Part shown: positions 36,261 to 49,874 of the stretch, piece after piece
How the letters are laid out: each line of letters opens with the position of its first letter
Numbering within the stretch: position 1 is the stretch's first letter
NCBI RefSeq assembly: GCF_036321535.1
Contig: NC_087436.1
Location: forward strand, 123,072,001 to 123,136,000
Length of the DNA: 64,000 bases
Direction of reading: 5' to 3'
From: Camelus dromedarius
Lineage: Eukaryota
The notes under the pieces: model-generated
Databases searched by the model: none
Told to the model about the DNA's origin: nothing
Seen by the model: only the letters and a program-made list of their open reading frames with translations
Program-made: the position numbers and the translations under genes

Positions 36261-37763
36261 GTACATGTGGAGATTCAGTGATCTAGGTCAGCAAACAGCC
36301 AAGTGCCCACAGGCCCACCACCCGCAAGTCCCCCACGTTCTCCTCCAAACACGTCCCAAGCCCTTGGCCTCTGCGCCATCGCCTGTCTGAGCCACGGATG
36401 CTGCCTGGTCTCCCATGGCTGCCCTGGCCTCTCCGGTCTCTGCAGAGCAGCCACACCCCCAGGCCTTGTCTGACCGCCCTGCCCCAGGCCCTGCCCCATC
36501 CCTGCACCTTGGCCAGTCAGCTCCGCGGGTCCCAATGGGATGGGCGCCACAGGTCCTGGGTGAGGGCAGGCCGGACACAGACAGACCGTGGCGCCTCCCT
36601 CCCAGTGCCAGGACATCCCGCGCGGCCCTTCCGCGTGCTGTAGCGCAGCAGCCCATCCGCCCACCTGCTCAAAAGCAGGCTGAGTGTGGGCCTGGCAGGA
36701 CGTTCAGTATTTCTTGAAAGTGTTCACTCTAATCTTCCTGCCCCCCGAGAACTGCCTTTACCCCAGTCCCACCTGGCAGCAGCTGCTGCATCCTCCGGGC
36801 AGAGAACTCCCTGGACGGGCACGTGGACGGGGCGGCGGGACAGGGTGGCGGAACTAACTCACAAACACAACCCTGTCCAGCTCCTCCACGGACAAGGCTG
36901 GCAGAGCCGACAGAAAGTCCCAGATGCACGGGCACCACTGGGGCCTGAAAGCAGCTGGGTTAACAGTCCCCACCGACTGAGAGGAGGCGAGGGTGGCTGG
37001 AGGTGAGGCGGGGGGGGGGGGATGCACCAGGATGCCCCCAGCCAGGCAGGAGTCCCCCAGCCCAGGAGGAGCCCGGCCTCAGAAGCTGCCGCTTGCCGGA
37101 GCAGGACAGTATCTGCCTTAAGTGCAGAAAGGAGAGCAATGGCCACAAAGGTTTCAGCTCCAGAGAAAACCTGGGCTCTTGCTCCATGAACACCCAGCAC
37201 TGGCTCTTTTGAAAACAATCAATCGAACACACAAGTCCGCCATGTTTGGGATAAAAAAGAAAAGGCGAAAATTAGTAATGATAAACATAAATCCCGGAGA
37301 GTAACCCGACAGAACAGGGCTCAGTGAGAGGAGAGCCCTGGGCACCTTCACACACGGCGCTCGGCCCTGTGCCCAGAGGGGCCGGCCAGCCCGGACCCCG
37401 GATCCTGGTGGGCCCCCAACGCCACTGGGAGGCGTCCAGGAGGACTCACACCCCAGCCGGGTCAGAGCCAGGGGAGGAGCAGCACGCGGGCCCCGGGGTG
37501 CCCGTCACCCCGGCATTTATACTTTTCTCCGTTCACCTGGGCACTGCTTCTGTCCAGCACACGCGTGCGCCTATGTCTGTGACGCTCGTGGAAATTTTTA
37601 ACAATACAGAAGCATATAAACTGCAAAATTAATATTCTGATATTCTATTCTTATCCCCAAACCACACCATTTTAATTATGTCTTTAATAAATGTAAGTGC
37701 ACGTGTCTATGTGTGACCCCTCCATTTATTAAATGCACACGTGTGTATCAGAACACACACGGA

Positions 37764-38040
37764 CAGGCAGACCTCACTTCGCTGTGCTCTGCAGACATCG
37801 TGCTTTTTATGAATTCAAGATCTGTGGCAACCCTGTGTTGTCAGATGACGGCATGTTTTGCTTTTTACAAAATTTTAGATCAATGAGTGTGTGTTGTTTT
37901 TCGGGCATGATGCCGTCACACACTTAACAGAGCACAGTGCAATGGGAACACAACTCCTACCTGTGCCGAGACTAAACAGCATACGTGACCCGCTTCACTG
38001 TGACAATCACGTGACCACAGCGGTCTCTCCGCTCTGCCTG
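37764..38040 (+). mobile_element. Tigger1-derived non-autonomous DNA transposon (Tc1/mariner MITE)
   Basis: Terminal inverted repeats CAGGCAGA...TCTGCCTG, with internal Tigger1-like text (TGTGGCAACCCTGTGTTG; CACACTTAACAGAGCACAGTG). Confidence 0.75.
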
Positions 38041-39061
38041 CATGTGTGCGCGTGTCTGCGGACGCACCACATACATTCTGTATGGACAGCACCCTACTTC
38101 TCACAGCTATCTGAGCTTTTCCTCTCCCAGACAAGCTTCAGAAGCAGCTGGTTAAGTTCCACAGTAAATGGTGAAATCACACCTCTGAAATTAACTTGGA
38201 GCGAACTGACATCTTAACCCCAACCTTCCCACCAGGAACACGCAGCTACTCGGAGCTTCCTCCTGTGTTCCTCTGTAAGGTCTGGGGTCTTCATTTCGGC
38301 CTCACACGCTCCTTGTTAGGATGTGTTAAAGTTTTCATCAGTTGCGTGGACAAGCCCCCGTCCCTGTGCTACTGACCACGACACACTGGTCTCATCACCC
38401 GAACGAGCAGCCCCAGGGCTGAGATGCTACGTCACACGTGCAGCCAGAGAACGGGGCGCCCTGTCCACATTCTTTCTGTCGCGAGTGTATGGGTTAGGGT
38501 CTCCCGAATCTTCTTGAGTAACAGCTGAGTACAGACATTTCCCTGTTTCTGACACTAATGAGACAATTCTGTTTCATCATAAAGTATGATTGCTGTAGCT
38601 TTCAAGTTAAGACACCAATAAAAAGTTCTGTAGATGGGACTTTATCAAATTCTTCCACGGCATCTCCGTGATTATTTAGTTTTCCTTTAATCTGAAAATG
38701 TAGCAAGTGACACATGAACAGACCCCTGCATGTTACATTTTCACCATCTTTTGATGCCCTGCAATTCCATTTTCTTTTGCATAATGTCCACACATGCACG
38801 GAAGACGCCCGGCCTCACGCGCCTCGCGTGACCACCTGGGCAGTGGGCTGAGGATGCCCATGGTGGGTGGAGGGCAAACTTTAACCTTTTTACACTTCAA
38901 ATGTTCTACAGTGAGTGTGTATTACCTTGTCAATTAAAAAAAGAGGGAAAAGGAAAGAGTTGGAGGAAAGAACTAAGAAAGCTGTGGACACGCTAGCGTC
39001 TCCGGCCTCCTCCGGGGCTTCAGGGGAGGGCACCGGGGGTCCCCGGGGCCCCTCTGCCCAC

Positions 39062-39150
39062 CTGCTCGTCGCTGCGGTGGTAATCGCTGTCCTCTTCCGG
39101 CTTCTCTTCCGCTGCTTCTTTGTTCGAACTGTCATCTGCTTTGGTTTCTC
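39062..39150 (-). CDS. PCGF3: PCGF3 coding exon 5: (G)ETKADDSSNKEAAEEKPEEDSDYHRSDEQ
   Basis: Acceptor ctacaag|GA, donor CAG|gtgggc; 89 nt. Confidence 0.95.
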
Positions 39151-39941
39151 CTTGTAGCGAAAATAGAAAATACTGCATCATCAAACCCCAAATACCCCCC
39201 AGCGATTTCAGCTCCACAGCGCACTCAAAACGCTACAAAAGCCCCGGTAATAACAGTCTGCATGTCCAAGAGTCAGGGGCCCGAGACGTGTCTCTAGAAC
39301 GCGGCGTCCTGAATGATGGGGCCCAGAGGAGCCCCCACCGCCCCGTTCCTCCCCCCACCGCTCAGTGCCTCAACGTGCCCCGCTAAACAGCGCACGACTC
39401 CTAGAACTTGCGTTGTCCCAGCTCCGCTTTTGAAACGAAGACCCCACCTCGGGAGAGCAGCGGGGACAGGACTCCGGGGTCCCTGGCTGCCTCGTGGCCT
39501 CGCCTCCCCAGGGTCCCGCGAGCCCCCACCAGGCTGCCAGCCGGGGCCTCCCCCTCCTTCTCAGAGTGTTAGAGGCACAGGGCAGACCGAAACCCCAGGA
39601 ATCTGTGTGGTCCACTAGAAAAATACCACGGCATCAAAGATTTCAGAAAGTTGTTATGATGTGTTCAGATTTTAAAGCACTGTTAATTTTACATCAAAGC
39701 CAAAAGGGTGTTTTGCCATCCTGCAGTAAAACAGACGGAACTAAGAGTCCTGGGACGTCCTGTGGTCCCCGTGCGCCCCACCTCCAGGCACTGCCGGGGC
39801 CCCCGGGCCTCCCCTCACTCGACCTACCACTCAGCCCCTCTGTCCGCCAGTGCTTCTCAGTCTCAGCCTCAGCACCGGGGGCGGCCTGACCCCCGCCCAC
39901 AGGGGAGGTGAGCAGGGCTCCCAAGTAAGACGACCACTCAC

Positions 39942-40052
39942 CACTCCGATGGGAATCTAAGTGTGGTTTCGCAGAACAGGCCTCCCCCTTCATGTCTCCA
40001 GGCACTTCCAGGCCTAATTTGTGGTAGAATTCCCTCTGTTTTCTCATTTCCG
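39942..40052 (-). CDS. PCGF3: PCGF3 coding exon 4: (A)EMRKQREFYHKLGLEVPGDMKGEACSAKPHLDSHRS(G)
   Basis: Acceptor ttttaatag|CG, donor G|gtgagt; 111 nt. Confidence 0.96.
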
Positions 40053-42000
40053 CTATTAAAAATTAACATACAATCCTTAATCTTAAGTAGGCAATGGTTA
40101 CATTAAAATGCTCACAAACATCACAGGAAGGAAATCGCAGACCTGGATCACAAGGTTTTGAAGCTGCTACTGACGAGAAAGTAACAAATCTGGACACCGC
40201 TCATAGAATTTCGGGGCAGTGGCCAGCTGTGGCCAGTGGGAAGCGCCAGGGAGTGGGAACCCCTATCGCCCGGACGTACTGGGCCCTGGCAGCGCCCGCC
40301 ATGCAGACCCGGGGCTGCGGGGCCAGGAAGAGAGGACATGGTTTCAACCCTCAGGCCGGTGTCCAGGACTGAGCCATCATCTGTCCCTGGCAGTGGGTCA
40401 GGAAGCCTCACCGCTGGCCTGTCAGACCCCCCATCTCGCTGACCACTGGGCAGCCGGCCAGGGGACCTGGCCTAGCAGCCCCACCCCTACAGCGCAGCCC
40501 AGCGACCTGAGGTGCCGCTGGTTCTCCCGACTCCGTGCACAGCCACACTGGATCCTCCTGGGACAGAGACATCTCGGAGCAAGCAAAGGGGCGCCGGAGT
40601 TCACATCGTCTGCACACCTGCTGTGGGGCCGCCCTGGTGTCCAGGAATAGCTGTCACAGCTCGCTTGAGCCGCCCACCACAGGGAGAGGGTCCCCACCCG
40701 AGGGGGTGACGGTCACCACGCCACCTCCTGCGAGCACTCAGCCTTGCTGCAGGCTGCACCCAAGCGTGACCCGGGAAAGGCCAACTCCGGGACCCAAGGT
40801 GGCTACTAACCGACGTTTAGCCGATGCTCCACCTGTGACTCCACGCCCCAACCCGTGATGAAGCCTCAGTCGTGGCTCAGGGCCACACGCAGGCAGCCAA
40901 GGAAATTCAAACTCAGCTCAAACCAGCAACCTACAAATCACGCCGCAGGAAGCATTCATGTGCATCTGAGCCAGTGAGCTTGGCTGCGCTGACACCTGCT
41001 CGTCTGCCTTCTCCTAAAACCATGAGTCTAGAGAGGGCCAGAAACACGCCTGCTGGACCTACAGACGCCAGAACACCCAGCTGTGCAGGGACAGAGGTCG
41101 TGGGAGAGTCGGAGCCGCGGGCCAGCCCGGAGTGACGGGAACACTGGGGCTAAAATGATGAGTCTGGAAAGTTGGATTAGCCTGAAATTATTCCCTTAAA
41201 TAAGCAGAAACACAGGCACAGGATCGAAGGCCTGAACCGCACTGCCTGAGGCCGTGAGCCCATCTCCATGGTCTCCACAAGGGGTGGTGAACTCCGGGGC
41301 GGCAGCCCCGCTGACTGAGGCAGAAGGTGCAGCGACGCGGCATCAGACAAGCTGCTCACCCTGCCTGCTCACGTCCCGTCTGCGTGTCACGGCCTGATTC
41401 AGCCTTGTCACCATCACTGTGCTGGTCATGGCGTCTGTGACCAGGGATCTCTGGTGTCACGGCAGCGACCTGCTGAAGGCTCGGTGGAGGCGGGCGGTTT
41501 TCAGCAATAAACTGTTCTGATCAAAGGGTGGCCCCCGCAGGCTGTAACAGATCAGCGTCGTGTGAACAAAACTTCCAGCCGCACCGGGAAACCAGAAACT
41601 CCGCATCCGCTTTGCTGGTCCACGGAACCGCGGCGTCCCCATCCCCGGGGCGCCTGTGGTGGGAGTCACAGCCGCCGCACGTGTGCCCGAGCTCAGGCCG
41701 CCGCCCTCGTCCTTCGGTGCTGCTCTGCCTCCCACCCCGTTCTGTCCTTTGTGGTTGTCGCTGAGCGTTTTACAAGGTCCCATCTCCTCTCCTCTCTCGG
41801 CGCGGCGGTCATACTGCTTTTCTCTGCTGTCTGTAGTGGTTGCCCTGGAGTTTGCAGTGCCCGTCACTGCTGACCGAGTCCACTGCAGGTGGCATCTGAG
41901 CGCTTCCCAGGCAGTGGGTGTGCTGTGTGCTTCCACAGGCGTAAACCCCGACTCCTCCCTCCTGGGCCTCGTGTCGCTGGTCACTTTGCTCGTCCCCCCG

Positions 42001-42044
42001 GCACGTCTAAGCACGTGTGTACGCACGTCTAAGCACGTGTGTAC
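42001..42044 (+). repeat. 22-bp perfect tandem duplication (GCACGTCTAAGCACGTGTGTAC) x2
   Basis: Read directly. Each copy contains CACGTG. Confidence 0.9.
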
Positions 42045-42089
42045 ACATGTGCAGTGTGTATCTAAGCACTCATGTCGGGTGCAGCGTCA

Positions 42090-43080
42090 CCATTATCAGT
42101 TTGAACAAAAAGTTACTTATTAAATTAAAAACAAGAAAGGGAAACAACAAGGACCTGCCGTATGGCACAGGGAACTACATTCAATTTCCGGTCACAGCAT
42201 GTAATGGAAGAGACCCTGAAAAGAAAGTGTGTGTGTGTGTAACCGAATCACTGTAAACCAACTACACTTCAATTAAAACAAACAAACAAAAGAGCACCTG
42301 GGAAAAACAGGACGAGAAAAGGAAACGTTTTTATTTGATCTTCATTGATCCCTCCTTCGATGCTCTTCTGTTCCCTACGGAGATCTGAGTTTCTGCCCCT
42401 CATCCTTCTTTCTGAGGGGCTTCTTCAACAACATCTCCAGAAGGCGGGTCTTCTGGCCACAGGTTGCCTGAGTTTTTGTTAGAAAGTCTTTATTTATCTT
42501 CTGTTGGAGGGTAGCTCCTCAGGCAGAGAATCCTGGGCTGCTGGCTTTTTCTCCCGACCCTGTGAACAGTTCACTTCCCTCTCGCTTGGTTTCCAGGAGA
42601 AGTCGGATGTGTAACTCTTCTCTTGGTTGCTCTGCAGGTAAAGCGCCCCCGCCCCCGGCTTCTCTCAGGATTTCTTCTTTCCTTGATTTTCTGTAATTTG
42701 AAACTGTCACGGCTGGTGTAGTTTCCCTGCACGTATCCTGCCTGGTGTTCTCTGAGCTTCCCGGATCTGTGCTTTGGTGTCTGATGCTACTTTGGGGAAA
42801 GTGTCGGTCATACTGTTTCAGGGCTCCTTCAGGCCCTTCCTCTCTCTCTTCTGGAGTTCCCGCCACGTGCCTGTGACACCTTCTGAGGTCGCCCCGCGGC
42901 CCCTTTGCTCTTCAGTTTTCGGGGTCTGTACCGAGAGGCCCTCTAGCTCAGAGTCTCCCCTGGGCTGTGTCCAGTCCACTCAGCCTGTCAAACAGAGCCT
43001 TCGTTTCTGTGTTTTCACCGCCGGCGCTCCTCCTTGGTTCTCTCAGAGGGTGTCCACCTCTGCTCACGCTGCCTGGTGTC
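42090..43080. mobile_element. Old antisense L1 segment interrupted by a short + strand L1 3' end (~42140-42295)
   Basis: AACAACAAGGACCTGCCGTATGGCACAGGGAACTACATTCAA...CTACACTTCAATTAAAAC lies inside L1M-like text (GAAAGTCTTTATTTATCTTC; CTCTGAGCTTCCCGGATCTGTG). Confidence 0.7.
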
Positions 43081-46000
43081 GGGCTGGGCTCATTAGAAAC
43101 ATCACCTGGGCTTCCGCGAAAGCTGACCTCTGAAGCGACTCAGGGTGTGGCCTGGCTAAAGGTGCGTCTTTCCATTCGGGAAAAACTTCAGTCAGCCCTT
43201 CGCTCAACCCCTCTGCCCCCCAGATAAACCACCACCGCGAAGGCTCTGAAGTACAGTGCGGAGGGAAAGCTGGGATATTCAGCTTTCAATTCTCACAGAA
43301 ATTCACTCAAGTGAATTACATCCAAAAGAGTGATGTCAACAGCTTGGTTCAGAACGTATGAAAGACCGAAGTATTTCTGCGCGGAGCCGGCTGACGAGAA
43401 ACGTGATGAGCTTTCGTCGAAAACCTTAATTTTCACGTTTGGCTTATTTGTGCAACTAAGCATTTCCCTGACCCACATGTATTTTACCAACACTGGCTGT
43501 AACATTCTTAGCAGATCCCGCTTCGACCTGTACCGATCAGCATTTCCTCAGTTTCCCTGAAAACCCTCGCCGGCGGCTGAGTCCTACAGACTGCACAGGG
43601 CACACCCTCCCATCATCTCAAACCCACCGTGCGCACAGCAAGCAGACGCAGGGGCGCCCAGCGCCCAGGAGCCCCCAGCCACCCGCCTGCTGTTCCCGAC
43701 AGCCCCTGCCCGCCCCGCCTGCTCTGCACAGACCCCTCAGCTGCTGCAGTGTTTCATTAGCTCCTCATCCGTAAATGATTCTCCTAGTCTGACTAACAGA
43801 TGAGCCCATCAGAAACTTACTTTGATTGCACTTTTATGCTCTTTTTTATTTTTGTGAAGAAATTCTGCTGTGATGAGACATTCCATTTTAAATTTTCGAT
43901 TCTTTCCAAAAGTTGCTTCCTCTGAGTGGTCTGGTCTGATGCCAACACATCTTATACCCTTGTATTTCAGCACAGACGTAGCATCAGCGCAAGACAAACA
44001 ATTTGCTTCCACAGCTGACAAGGACAATCCTGTAGCAAAACCGTCCACACGACCCTGTGGCAGAAAAGCTGGAGGCCTCCATCCCCGCTTCCCTGCTCTG
44101 CTGGTTTGCACATGGCCGGTGCTGGCGCTGGAACAGTCTGACCCGCAACACGGCTCTGGGCTGGCGGTCAGATTACCACTGTGCCGTTGAGTGTGACACA
44201 GACATGCGTCACCAGGCGGGGCTGTGTTCCCACAAACTGTTCTTGGACATTTCAGCTCGTGAAATTGTCACATCACAAAATACCATTTAAAAAAATTTTT
44301 CCAACTATTTAAAAATGCACAAAGCGCTCTTAGCTCCAGAGCCACACACAGACAGGAGGGGCTGACCCGGTCTGCGGCCACAGTGTGCTGACCCCTGCCT
44401 TGCCAGGGCACAGAGGCAGAGGAAGAGCAACGCAGACGGTGGCTGACGCAGCCCCGCCAAAGCAGCGCCACAGGTGTGCTCACTGGAGTCACAGACGCCC
44501 ACACCGTCTGTAGAAGGGTATTCCCTGAGCCCCTCCCCTACGTTAGAGCAAAACTGAGACACACCTAAGTGTCTGTTGGGAGAGGTGAGACGGACAGTCC
44601 ACGCAGAGGGAGGGACGCGAGGGGCAGCGCGACGCACTGACAACTTGATCGAGTTCATCGGTAAAGATGTGGCCTCTGGCAAAAGAGGTTTTTAAAAAAC
44701 TATAGAAACAAAAGCAACAAATGATGAAAAACTAGTTTCCCGTCAAAAAGGTCTCATCTACAAGGGAACAGAAAAATGGAGCCAGCCAGCAACCCACTGA
44801 GTCCACAAAGCCGCTGATTTTATTTCCCAAAACGTGTGGGAGGCTGGATGCCACGAACAGGCCTGGTCACAGGGGAACAGCTCAAAGGGGCTGTGGAGGG
44901 CAGGCCGCCACTCTCCAAGACACGCCCCGGCACATCACCGCTCCGTCTCTCCGCCAGACATCAGGGTGAAAAGCACCTGGCTCGTCCGGAGGACCCGAGA
45001 GAGGCCCTGTCTGGGAGGCCAGCTTTACAACGTTGTCACGACAAAACCAAAGCTGCAGACAGCCTGCGATGTCCAGAGACATCGGTCCCGCTGTTAAGGA
45101 TTTCAAAGTTATAATGATCTTTAAAAGAGCAACAAAGGACTGAGAGTTTGAGAAGTAGAGAAACCAATCACTTGCCTACCCAGAAAATACCCTGGTCTGA
45201 GGGCAGAGCTCGGGCTGCCCTGGGCATCAGAGCATGAACTTGGAGAATTCTGGAATCTCTACAATTTCTCCCTGGCACGTGGCGTTACCCGCTACCACGC
45301 TGGGCTGTTGACAGGGTGGGGTGATGCCTGCACAGACTTGTTCGGGACGTGGGCAGGGTCTTCACACTTGCACCGCTCCCTCCATAAGCAAGGGCTCTGC
45401 TAATGACACGTCTTCGTGCACCCCATGCGCCAATGACTGGCCTGAGGTGCTGCTGCCCAGGCCCTGCCGGCTGGCTCCAGGGGGCCAAGGTGCCAGGTGC
45501 CCGCTGGCCGAGGGGGGAGAGGTTTTGAGCTTCAAAAAGGACAGTGACTGCAATAAACTGCGACCACGTACATGTTCAAGCCATCTGACTGCAGCCAGAG
45601 TGGCTGGGAAACCAACTCACACTCTGTAAACAAATATAGGAAAACCTCACACATTTGCTCTGTGTTTCCGTTTCCGTACAGAGAGGAAGGACCTCAGGGA
45701 AACCAAGGAGAGACTGTGTCTTCATGGAAGCATCCCTCATCAATGGAGAAGGAAAACAGACTGGAGGGCAGGCTGTGCGGCCATGAGGAATCCCGGCTGC
45801 GGCCCTGCGGGGCCTGGCGGCCAGGATCACCCACGGGGGGGGCCCGACCTGATGGAACAACTGCCTGGAGCACCACGGGGAGTTAGCTTGGAAAACGTGC
45901 GCCGGAGTCCGATCGGGCCTCTCGATCCCACCAGCTTATGGGACAGGGGTCTTTAGGGACCGCAGAGGGGCCACGGCGGCCCGACCTGGATGCTGACAGA

Positions 46001-47020
46001 CACAAACTAGACCCCGGGGGACGGTGGGGCGCCTACACCGACCAGGATGGTGGTTCCGGGTTCTGAGGAGAATCCTCTTTGGGGACACAAATGGCAATGT
46101 ATACAGATGAAGTAAGAGATGGGCGGGGGGTGGGGTGGGCAGAGAAACAGGCCTCACCGCAAGGTGGCGACTCCTGACCCTGGGTGGCAAAGGCGTGGGG
46201 TTCTTCTCGAGATTTTTGCCTTCTGCATGTTTTAAATACCCTACAATAATTTTTAAAGGTTTCAGAATTTTATCTTCATGCATTCTTTGCCTTTTTCCAG
46301 AAATAAAAAACCCTTCAGATATCAAAAGATTTGTTCCTATCTACATTTACTCAGGAAATTTAAACTCTTGTATGAATGAATTCCGTGAACACTGAAAGAA
46401 GACAGTATTACTCCCTAAGTTACGTACTGAAGGCCAGTTGTAACATCTGTTGACCTACCACAGGAAGCTGTATTTTAAATAAATTATCACCTTCTTCTGA
46501 AACAACAATGAGAAAACACAGCCCAAATGAATTCCTCACATCGCTTATCTCCGGAAGAAAGCTGCGGCTAGGTTTTACTGGCTGGCACTGCCTCACCAGC
46601 CACCACCCACACCAGACGGGATTCTGAGGCCGCCGGCCCCCTCAACCAAGAGCAGGACAGTGTCTGTGTGCAGCACTGTGGGCAAGTTTTAAAAAGAACA
46701 GCCACTTCCACTTTCAGGGCGTTCAGACTACACAGTATTTCTTTTTAATTCTTGTGAGATTCGGCAATAAATAGTCAAGCTTTACTGACGCGCTCCTGGC
46801 TGCACCTCCGCCCCAGCTCCCTGCTGCACCCCCACCGCCCAAGCACCGCCCAAGCACCAGCTGTGCCGTCCTGAACGAAGGGGCGGAGGCGTGAGAGACA
46901 AGGGAGCTCAGGGCAGGGATGAGCGTGAAGGTGGTGTGGCCAGAAGGGCCCTGCAGTCAGAGAAAAGCCCTCGGAGGCCATGCTGCAGACATGGGGGTCT
47001 GTGGGCGCTCTGACACTTAC

Positions 47021-47076
47021 CTTCTTGGAGGCCTGGGACCAGTTTGTAAACAATATCCTGCATGGTCCTGTCATGA
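47021..47076 (-). CDS. PCGF3: PCGF3 coding exon 3: (G)HDRTMQDIVYKLVPGLQE(A)
   Basis: Acceptor tttttttgccag|T, donor AAG|gtaagt; 56 nt. Confidence 0.96.
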
Positions 47077-48091
47077 CTGGCAAAAAAAACACAACAGGTG
47101 GGTTAGCTCAAAATGGCAATTCTGTAACTCACACATTTTCCACCCAACAGTGTCAAACTCCACAATCATAAATTTGGAGTTTTGGTTGAATTTTGCTTCC
47201 AGTTTGCACTTAAAAAGTCTGTGTTAGGAAGAATTACATGTAGCCTGAATTAACGCATCATTTAATTTGGGTTCTAGATGCTTACGAACATTTCAAACAA
47301 TGACACAGACAAGACCCTTTTGGTGACGAGGGCTCTCTGCCCGCTGGGCTTGCCAACCTCTGACAGACGCCAGGCTCCGAGGGTCCCCGGGTCCTGTGGA
47401 GCGCCGGGTCAGAGAGGGCTTCTCCAACTTTCCTGACCGTGATCCTTGCTGAGCAGCACATTTCGCGTCACGGGTAACACGCACACACACAGACGTGCAG
47501 ACACCGCGGACCTTCAGTACCCGTGGTACCCTCACTGTTTCCTACTGACCCCACCGGCTCCTCGTAAAGCTCACCCCCCCACACACAAGGATGGGGCGCC
47601 AGGCAGAACCGCTGCCCCACTGCTCAACATCTGGGCCCCCAAGCCTGGCGAGGGCCCACAGTGGAGGGTCTGGGGGAATCTCTTGTCAGGGAACTGCAAG
47701 CTGGGGAGGGAACATTCCTCCCGGGGCCAGCCCCACCCAGGCCCCTGGTGTGGGAGCCCCTGAAACGGCCCCACGCCTACTCCGAGCTAGAGGCTACACC
47801 CCTCACCTCTTCACGGTCCATGGTCTCCACCAGCCCACAAGACAGAAGCTCTCGGCTGTAAGAGGGGCCTGAGGGGTGCAGGGCTGCCTCACTGACCCCC
47901 AGACCCTGAGAGCTCTCCTCCTGTCCTCAGTCACGATCTGGGTCTGTGAGTGCAGACGCCAGGCCCTGCTACCACCCCCCTCACTGCCCTACCCTGAAGC
48001 TGGAGGCCTCCCAGGCAACTGCGGGGTCTGGGCGGAGCAGAAGGCCACATCAGGAACAAGGCTCTGAACCAGCCTGGTACGATGGGTGCTA

Positions 48092-48159
48092 CCAGATGAC
48101 CACTCTGGCCAGATGACCACTCCAACTGGATGACCACTCTGGCCAGATGACCACTCCGG
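48092..48159 (+). repeat. 17-bp minisatellite x4 (consensus CCAGATGACCACTCTGG)
   Basis: Units at 48092, 48109, 48126 and 48143, with up to 3 substitutions each. Confidence 0.9.
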
Positions 48160-48728
48160 GCCTGTGTGGTTCTGGCCACAAGGGTCGAGGGACAGGGTTA
48201 CCAGGAAAGAGCCACCCCGAAGGCCAGGTGTAGCCGGGGAGGCACGTGGCTCACGGCCCGGCACCTGAGAGCCCACAGTGGAGGCCTCCAGCGTGGGGAG
48301 CAGGGGAGTCAAGACGAGGCACAGAGAGGATGGGCCCGGGCTCTGGGGCTGCGAGCGGCCTCCCTCTGCAGAGCGTTTCGCTTCTCCCACGTCTCTAAGG
48401 CCTCCCGCGGGCACACAGGACACACCAGTGCATCCGGAGAGACCAGCACACGGGCCTCTCCTCCTGAACCCACGCGTGAGTGGCTCTACTTCCTTCCACA
48501 GCTCCTAATCTGCCCGAGGGCCACAGGCCAAAACTCCCGCCTCTGTGGCCTGACTCACGGCCCCCAGGACCCCGGGGGTGGCACAGGGGCCGAGATCCTT
48601 GGTAGAAAGGCGGGTCCCAGGGCCGCTGCCACTGCAGAGGAAACCACAGCCAGGCCAGCGGGTCCTGAGGTCTCTCAAAGGGTCGGACTCAGGTTTTTGG
48701 GGCAGCAGAAGCCCTGCGGGCCACTCAC

Positions 48729-48825
48729 CCGATGTACTGCAGGGGGTGGCTCTGGTGGATGACGATCCTGCAGGTGGGGCAGGTGTTGTTCTCCTCCAGG
48801 TACTTCACCAGGCAGCTCCGGCAGA
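48729..48825 (-). CDS. PCGF3: PCGF3 coding exon 2: (F)CRSCLVKYLEENNTCPTCRIVIHQSHPLQYI(G) (RING finger, C-terminal half)
   Basis: Acceptor ccccgcag|TC, donor GG|gtgagt; 97 nt. Confidence 0.97.
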
Positions 48826-49487
48826 CTGCGGGGCGGGGGGGAGGCGAGCCCAGTGTCAGAGGGGAGGGGGCGCAGGCTGAGGCCACAGGGACCCCGCAAC
48901 CCCGCAGCACTCTGATGAGGCGCCTGCCTCCGCCCACGTGACAGAGCTGAGGCTCAGGACCCAGGAGGGAGAGAAATCCCAGTGGGGATGCGGGACCAGA
49001 AGACGCATCTTCAGCGGCCCGTGTGGACACTCGTGCCGGGGCTAATTCCTCAAGCTAAAAGACCACCCAAGTTTCTTCATAAAACAAAATGAGACAAAAT
49101 TCAACGAAATAAAATAAAATATTGCCAGCCGATATCCAAAAATTGAATTAACTTTAAAATAAAGATTTGATCAAAACTGGCAAATCTTTGATTTTCTACA
49201 GTGAAAATACAAGATCAGTCATTGGCGTTAAGGGTAAAGACCCGTCCAGGGAAATGCCCTGGACCTCTGCAGGTGGGCTCCTCACCAGCGTCCTCACAGA
49301 TGAGCCCCAAGTAAACTGGGGTCTACAGACAGGTGAGGCGGCGCTCTGCACAAGCTACATGTCTAAAACCAAGCCAGGCGGCCGGCCGCAAGGAGGACAC
49401 CAGGCTCTTTGTTTAAAACACCTACAGCGTTAGCCTGGAAACTGCAAAAATAAACACTGCTCTCCACTGGGAAGGAACATTCTGTCA

Positions 49488-49874
<387 letters not shown>

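Noticed and set aside
48092..48159. CRISPR-like palindromic repeats
   Set aside because: Units are contiguous with no unique spacers, there are no cas genes, and the context is a mammalian intron.
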